NCBI GenBank assembly: GCA_965209055.1
Contig: OZ242374.1
Location: 4,832,001-4,896,000, forward strand
Reading direction: 5' to 3'
DNA: 64,000 bases
Source of the DNA: Acidobacteriota bacterium
Lineage (GTDB): Bacteria > Acidobacteriota > UBA6911 > RPQK01 > JAJDTT01
In this document: positions 58,851 through 64,000 of the stretch, one piece after another
Numbering within the stretch: the first letter of the stretch is position 1
How the letters are laid out: every line of letters starts with the position of its first letter
The notes under the pieces: generated by a model
Databases searched by the model: none
What the model was told of the DNA's origin: nothing
What the model saw: only the letters and a program-made list of their open reading frames with translations
Made by a program: the position numbers and the translations under genes

Positions 58851-61800
58851 GTCGCCCCCTTACACGGGGGCGTGGATTGAAACTCTGATATCAGAAACAC
58901 TTGCCAGGGGGCCTCTGGTCGCCCCCTTACACGGGGGCGTGGATTGAAACACCCCCGCGACCGCAGGCGACTGGTTCCCGAGGACGTCGCCCCCTTACAC
59001 GGGGGCGTGGATTGAAACTGCGTAATCTCCCCACGGGTGACCATCTGGTCCAGGTCGCCCCCTTACACGGGGGCGTGGATTGAAACCCGAATCTCCTGGC
59101 GAGTCCACGGCCGGCGCGCGGGTCGCCCCCTTACACGGGGGCGTGGATTGAAACACCTTCTGATAGATCGGGTCCGGCGCTTCCTCGAGTCGCCCCCTTA
59201 CACGGGGGCGTGGATTGAAACCTGCAACCGGATCAAGGGGAACCGGGGCATGGAGGTCGCCCCCTTACACGGGGGCGTGGATTGAAACACTCTGATGCTG
59301 GTAACTCTCAACGTCGTGTGGGGTCGCCCCCTTACACGGGGGCGTGGATTGAAACCAGGTAGGGGCCTCGTGGACGGCCCAATCATTCGCGTCGCCCCCT
59401 TACACGGGGGCGTGGATTGAAACACTCTGATGCTGGTAACTCTCAACGTCGTGTGGGGTCGCCCCCTTACACGGGGGCGTGGATTGAAACCAGGTAGGGG
59501 CCTCGTGGACGGCCCAATCATTCGCGTCGCCCCCTTACACGGGGGCGTGGATTGAAACAAAACGGCGTCTCCGAGTCCATCTCAGGGCTCCAGTCGCCCC
59601 CTTACACGGGGGCGTGGATTGAAACCGGCTCGTTGTTCGAATAACGAACCCGGTATTTCGGGTCGCCCCCTTACACGGGGGCGTGGATTGAAACTTGACG
59701 AGTCTCAAAAGATTCTGGCGGTGCCTACGTCGCCCCCTTACACGGGGGCGTGGATTGAAACCAGGCCATGAGCAATGCTCTGCCGTCCGAGGTCACGTCG
59801 CCCCCTTACACGGGGGCGTGGATTGAAACACCGACGCAATACTCTGTTCCACCAGGCCCAGTCGTCGCCCCCTTACACGGGGGCGTGGATTGAAACCTAC
59901 GTTATGAAGTCCTTGGGACGGTGCCGGCTCGTCGCCCCCTTACACGGGGGCGTGGATTGAAACTTGATAAACTTGGCCAGGCCCTTCTGCGCCGCCGGTC
60001 GCCCCCTTACACGGGGGCGTGGATTGAAACTGGCATGCGCTTGATCGTCGCGGACTGACTGCCCGTCGCCCCCTTACACGGGGGCGTGGATTGAAACAAC
60101 ACGGAGGGAGCATGACCGACGACAAGCACCGGGTCGCCCCCTTACACGGGGGCGTGGATTGAAACCTTGCGCTCGGCGAAGCTCTGCCGGCGCTGCCGGC
60201 GTCGCCCCCTTACACGGGGGCGTGGATTGAAACCTCGTGTCTTCCATGGCGCTCCTCCTCTGATGCGGTCGCCCCCTTACACGGGGGCGTGGATTGAAAC
60301 AGGAACAATATCCCGACGTTGATTGCCGCTCCGATGTCGCCCCCTTACACGGGGGCGTGGATTGAAACCAAGAGGAGAACCGCACCATGACACCTACCCC
60401 ACGTCGCCCCCTTACACGGGGGCGTGGATTGAAACAAACTGGAACCGGCGTACTGGCGAGCCGTCGAGCGTCGCCCCCTTACACGGGGGCGTGGATTGAA
60501 ACGATCGTCACCGCGGAGCGTGGCCTCCGAGCCCCGTCGCCCCCTTACACGGGGGCGTGGATTGAAACTCGCCGACAACGCCGCCACCGATCCCGACGAC
60601 GGGTCGCCCCCTTACACGGGGGCGTGGATTGAAACTCCAAGACCACCAAAGATAAGGTTTGTTCGGCCCGTCGCCCCCTTACACGGGGGCGTGGATTGAA
60701 ACATTGGTAAATTGAACTGCATCCCGAATGGCCCCGGGTCGCCCCCTTACACGGGGGCGTGGATTGAAACTACCGATTAAACCCTACTGCCCAGGGTGAA
60801 ACTAGTCGCCCCCTTACACGGGGGCGTGGATTGAAACACGGTATTTGCAAATCCGTTCAAATTTGCCAGCAGTCGCCCCCTTACACGGGGGCGTGGATTG
60901 AAACCATGCGGGTGTTGATTGCTTTTTGGTCAACCTGAGTCGCCCCCTTACACGGGGGCGTGGATTGAAACCCAATAGGGCTTGATCAATACAAATGGGT
61001 GAAACGTCGCCCCCTTACACGGGGGCGTGGATTGAAACACCCATATTTCGCTTGGCGAGGCGTGGATTCACGTCGCCCCCTTACACGGGGGCGTGGATTG
61101 AAACTCTATATTGGGCTCTCTTCGTCTCTGATATTCTCGTCGCCCCCTTACACGGGGGCGTGGATTGAAACACCGGAACGGGCGGGATATCACTTCGGAA
61201 TTCACGTCGCCCCCTTACACGGGGGCGTGGATTGAAACCAAGCTCTCTGCAATGGACGGTTGATCGAGGTCAAGTCGCCCCCTTACACGGGGGCGTGGAT
61301 TGAAACCCACCACGCTTCCCGTCGCCACCCGGGAATCGGCGGTCGCCCCCTTACACGGGGGCGTGGATTGAAACTCGGTTGTAGTCTCGATACTTGGCCA
61401 CCCCTTTCAGGTCGCCCCCTTACACGGGGGCGTGGATTGAAACACCCAAAAGATGGCCACGCAGGCTGGATTCTACGGGTCGCCCCCTTACACGGGGGCG
61501 TGGATTGAAACTCTGGCAGCGCGAAGAACCCATTGGGCCGCGTCGTGTCGCCCCCTTACACGGGGGCGTGGATTGAAACTCCAAGGGGCTGACAGCATTG
61601 AAAGTCGCCCTCGTGTCGCCCCCTTACACGGGGGCGTGGATTGAAACACGGAACCCTGTTTCATTGTATGAAAGGATGTAGTCGCCCCCTTACACGGGGG
61701 CGTGGATTGAAACCAAGAAGGGGCATATACCGGGCCGCGTTTTGAAGGTCGCCCCCTTACACGGGGGCGTGGATTGAAACAAATGAACAGGTAGCGGACC

Positions 61801-62452
61801 AAGCAAGAATGATTGTCGCCCCCTTACACGGGGGCGTGGATTGAAACAATATAAGGGTCTAGTTCCTTGCCCGTTCCAACCGTCGCCCCCTTACACGGGG
61901 GCGTGGATTGAAACGACCCGGAGGCCGCACGTGCCTAGAACACCGAAAGTCGCCCCCTTACACGGGGGCGTGGATTGAAACCGCTAAGAACGTGAAGGGC
62001 CTCCACGAGGTCACGTCGCCCCCTTACACGGGGGCGTGGATTGAAACGTCGATCGCTGTCCGTCGCACACGGGCTGAGGAGGTCGCCCCCTTACACGGGG
62101 GCGTGGATTGAAACGATCGTCCGGCTGTCGTCGTCGTCGCGCAGCACGTGTCGCCCCCTTACACGGGGGCGTGGATTGAAACAATTACGGGATTTCAGAG
62201 CACACTGGTCGGGCCGCGTCGCCCCCTTACACGGGGGCGTGGATTGAAACCCACAGACTGGTCAGATGATGCCATCAGCCCGTCGTCGCCCCCTTACACG
62301 GGGGCGTGGATTGAAACCAGCAGGAGGACGAACCATAACTGATTCCTCCAAGTCGCCCCCTTACACGGGGGCGTGGATTGAAACACTCTATTCCCCGCCA
62401 GGTACGGCGGGTCGAGGAAGTCGCCCCCTTACACGGGGGCGTGGATTGAAAC
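58851..62452 (+). CRISPR. Type I-C CRISPR array, 54 repeats / 53 complete spacers (manual count)
   Basis: 33-nt repeat GTCGCCCCCTTACACGGGGGCGTGGATTGAAAC with spacers of about 33-36 nt. It is followed by a 15-nt truncated spacer and an IS end. Confidence 0.98.
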
Positions 62453-62611
62453 TACACTTTGCGGAGCTGTCAATGGCCGTTGAAAATTGCACACTCTTGG
62501 CCTTCGAAAATTGCACACTTTTGGCCACTGAAAATTGCACAGGTCGCGGGAGCCCCCGTGGCGGTCGCTACGCTCCCTTCACGGGGGCTCCCGCGGCCGG
62601 ACCTGGTCCCC

Positions 62612-63433
62612 TCATGCCCCCCTCCTCCCCAAGCCCGATTCCTGGGCACTGACGGCTCGGGCGGCGGTCGGATGGATCGCCTTCGAGAGCTCCGCGTGGT
62701 GCCTCAACCGGTAGCTATTGCCTCGGATGTTGACGATGTGGCACCGGTGCAGGATCCGGTCCAGAAGCGCCGCCGCCATCACCTCGTCCCCCAAGATCTG
62801 GCCCCATTCCTCGAAGCCCTTGTTCGAGGTCAACACCGTCGAGGCCCGCTCGTAGCGCCGGTTCACCAGTTGGAAGAACAGCACCGCTCCGCTCTGGCTG
62901 ACCGGTAGGTAGCCGATCTCATCCACCACCAGGAGCGCCGGATGGGTCAGGGTCTTGAGCCGGTGGTTGAGCCGGCCCGCCGCTTTCGCTTCCTCCAACG
63001 AGTCAATCAGGTCCACCAACGTGCCGTAGTAGACCCGCCGACCACGCTCGGCCGCGGCGATCGCCAGGCTGATGGCCAAGTGCGTCTTTCCCACCCCGGG
63101 CGGACCCAGGAAGACGATGTTCTCCCGTCGCTTCACGAAGCCCAGCTCGTGCAGCGAGTCGATCTGCTCCCGCTTGATCGAAGGCTGGAAGCTGAAGTCG
63201 AACTCCGCGAGCGTCTTGATCGTCGGCAGTCGGCTGGAACGCATCGCCGCCTCCAGCCGCCGGCTGTTGCGCAGGGCGATCTGGGCCGCCAGGAGCCGTT
63301 CGATGGCTTCCGAGGCGGTGGTCCCTCCACCATCCACTCCGGAGAGTACGCTATCCAGGGCTTCCAGGGCACCCGGCATCTTCAGGTCCGCCAGCTGGGC
63401 GGCGATGCGCTCACGACGGGAAGGGAGGTTCAC
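62612..63433 (-). CDS. istB: IS21 helper ATPase
   Basis: KTLAEFDFSFQP, GPPGVGKTHLA, VDEIGY, TSN and LLDRILH. Confidence 0.95.
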   Translation of the reverse strand: MNLPSRRERIAAQLADLKMPGALEALDSVLSGVDGGGTTASEAIERLLAAQIALRNSRRLEAAMRSSRLPTIKTLAEFDFSFQPSIKREQIDSLHELGFVKRRENIVFLGPPGVGKTHLAISLAIAAAERGRRVYYGTLVDLIDSLEEAKAAGRLNHRLKTLTHPALLVVDEIGYLPVSQSGAVLFFQLVNRRYERASTVLTSNKGFEEWGQILGDEVMAAALLDRILHRCHIVNIRGNSYRLRHHAELSKAIHPTAARAVSAQESGLGRRGA

Positions 63434-64000
63434 GACACCCCTCCCGTGAGGCGGGCATACTCGGTCAGGGGACGGCGCTCGACGTCCACCATACGCGGCC
63501 AGTTCGTCGCCGGTACCGGAGTTGCCGACGGCTTCGGCAGTGGAACCACAGTGGAGTGGTAAGGCCAAGTGGCCAAAGGAGTTAGAGTCTCACGCTCCCG
63601 CTCGAACCGGTCCACGGGCCGTTCCTTGAGCGTCCCGTGGTTGCGGACATTGGCCTCTTCGTCCCGCCACTTCCGAGCCCGGGCGTTGAGATCGGTGTCC
63701 GAGACGAAGTCCCGGCCATAGAAGAAACTCTCCCGAATGTAGCGGACCGGCCGCTCCACCTTCCCCTTCGTCTGAGCTCGATAGGGTCGGCAGGCCCGCA
63801 CCCGAAAACCCCAGTGGCGGCTGAAGCGAACGAACTCCCGGTTCTCGATCAACCGTCCGCCCTCTTCGCGCCCATCCCGGACGATGACCGCCTTCATCTG
63901 GTCGAACAGAAGTTCCCCAGGGACACCCCCGAAGTAAGTGAACGAGGCCTCCAGGCCCCGCATCACCACCGGCATCGTCTTGCGCTCGTAGTACCGAAAC
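63430..64000 (-). CDS. istA: IS21 transposase, C-terminal part
   Basis: FGGVP..LLFDQMK, CRPYRAQTKGKVERPVRY, RNHGT and VERRPLTEY. Confidence 0.93.
   Translation of the reverse strand, partial: FRYYERKTMPVVMRGLEASFTYFGGVPGELLFDQMKAVIVRDGREEGGRLIENREFVRFSRHWGFRVRACRPYRAQTKGKVERPVRYIRESFFYGRDFVSDTDLNARARKWRDEEANVRNHGTLKERPVDRFERERETLTPLATWPYHSTVVPLPKPSATPVPATNWPRMVDVERRPLTEYARLTGGVS

Larger units (their letters stand above)
62468..64000 (-). mobile_element. IS21-family insertion sequence (partial)
   Basis: Terminus TGTCAATGGCCGTT; three GAAAATTGCACA subterminal repeats; istA and istB. Confidence 0.92.

Noticed and set aside
58851-62452. Self-targeting spacers within the window
   Set aside because: None spotted by eye; this is not exhaustive and needs a BLAST against the full genome.
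58744-62652. Short ORFs with SPPYTGAWIET / RPLTRGRGLK repeats
   Set aside because: Translations of CRISPR repeats.
44246-64000. CRISPR-associated transposon, retron or DGR
   Set aside because: No tnsABC/tniQ or reverse transcriptase is seen, cas3 is intact, and the IS21 interrupts the array rather than forming part of the system.

Overview
A 64-kb window from a high-GC bacterium. The PSD1/DUF1553 + DUF1501 pairs, FG-GAP and HEAT proteins and very high TA density suggest an Acidobacteriota/Planctomycetota-like, possibly sponge-associated organism (inference only). Bases 1-39.4k are mostly metabolic and housekeeping genes (cfa, Zn-ADH, an SBP/HAMP/MFS trio, Rieske plus a cytochrome b-diheme c fusion, arfB, O-antigen ligase, lysA, UbiD family, nfo, aquaporin), interspersed with four TA modules. 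Bases 39.5-44k are a decayed defence/TA zone. A 49-nt 3' fragment of tRNA-Ala(GGC) at 44016-44064, followed by an intact tyrosine integrase, marks the left edge of an island that probably runs beyond the window. The island carries integrase remnants, three diverged copies of a ~250-300-nt covarying structured noncoding element and a 541-aa orphan gene. It also carries a type I-C CRISPR-Cas locus (cas3, cas5c, cas8c, cas7c, nonsense-interrupted cas4, cas1, cas2, 54 repeats) whose array is cut by an IS21 element. The main finding lies between cas3 and cas5c: a hidden single-spacer mini-array of degenerate I-C repeats upstream of hicA and a convergent hicB-like gene. Its 28-nt spacer seed-matches, next to TTC and TCC PAMs, the -35 boxes of two putative promoters in the same interval. 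This is a candidate CRISPR-repressed protein toxin module guarding the Cascade operon.
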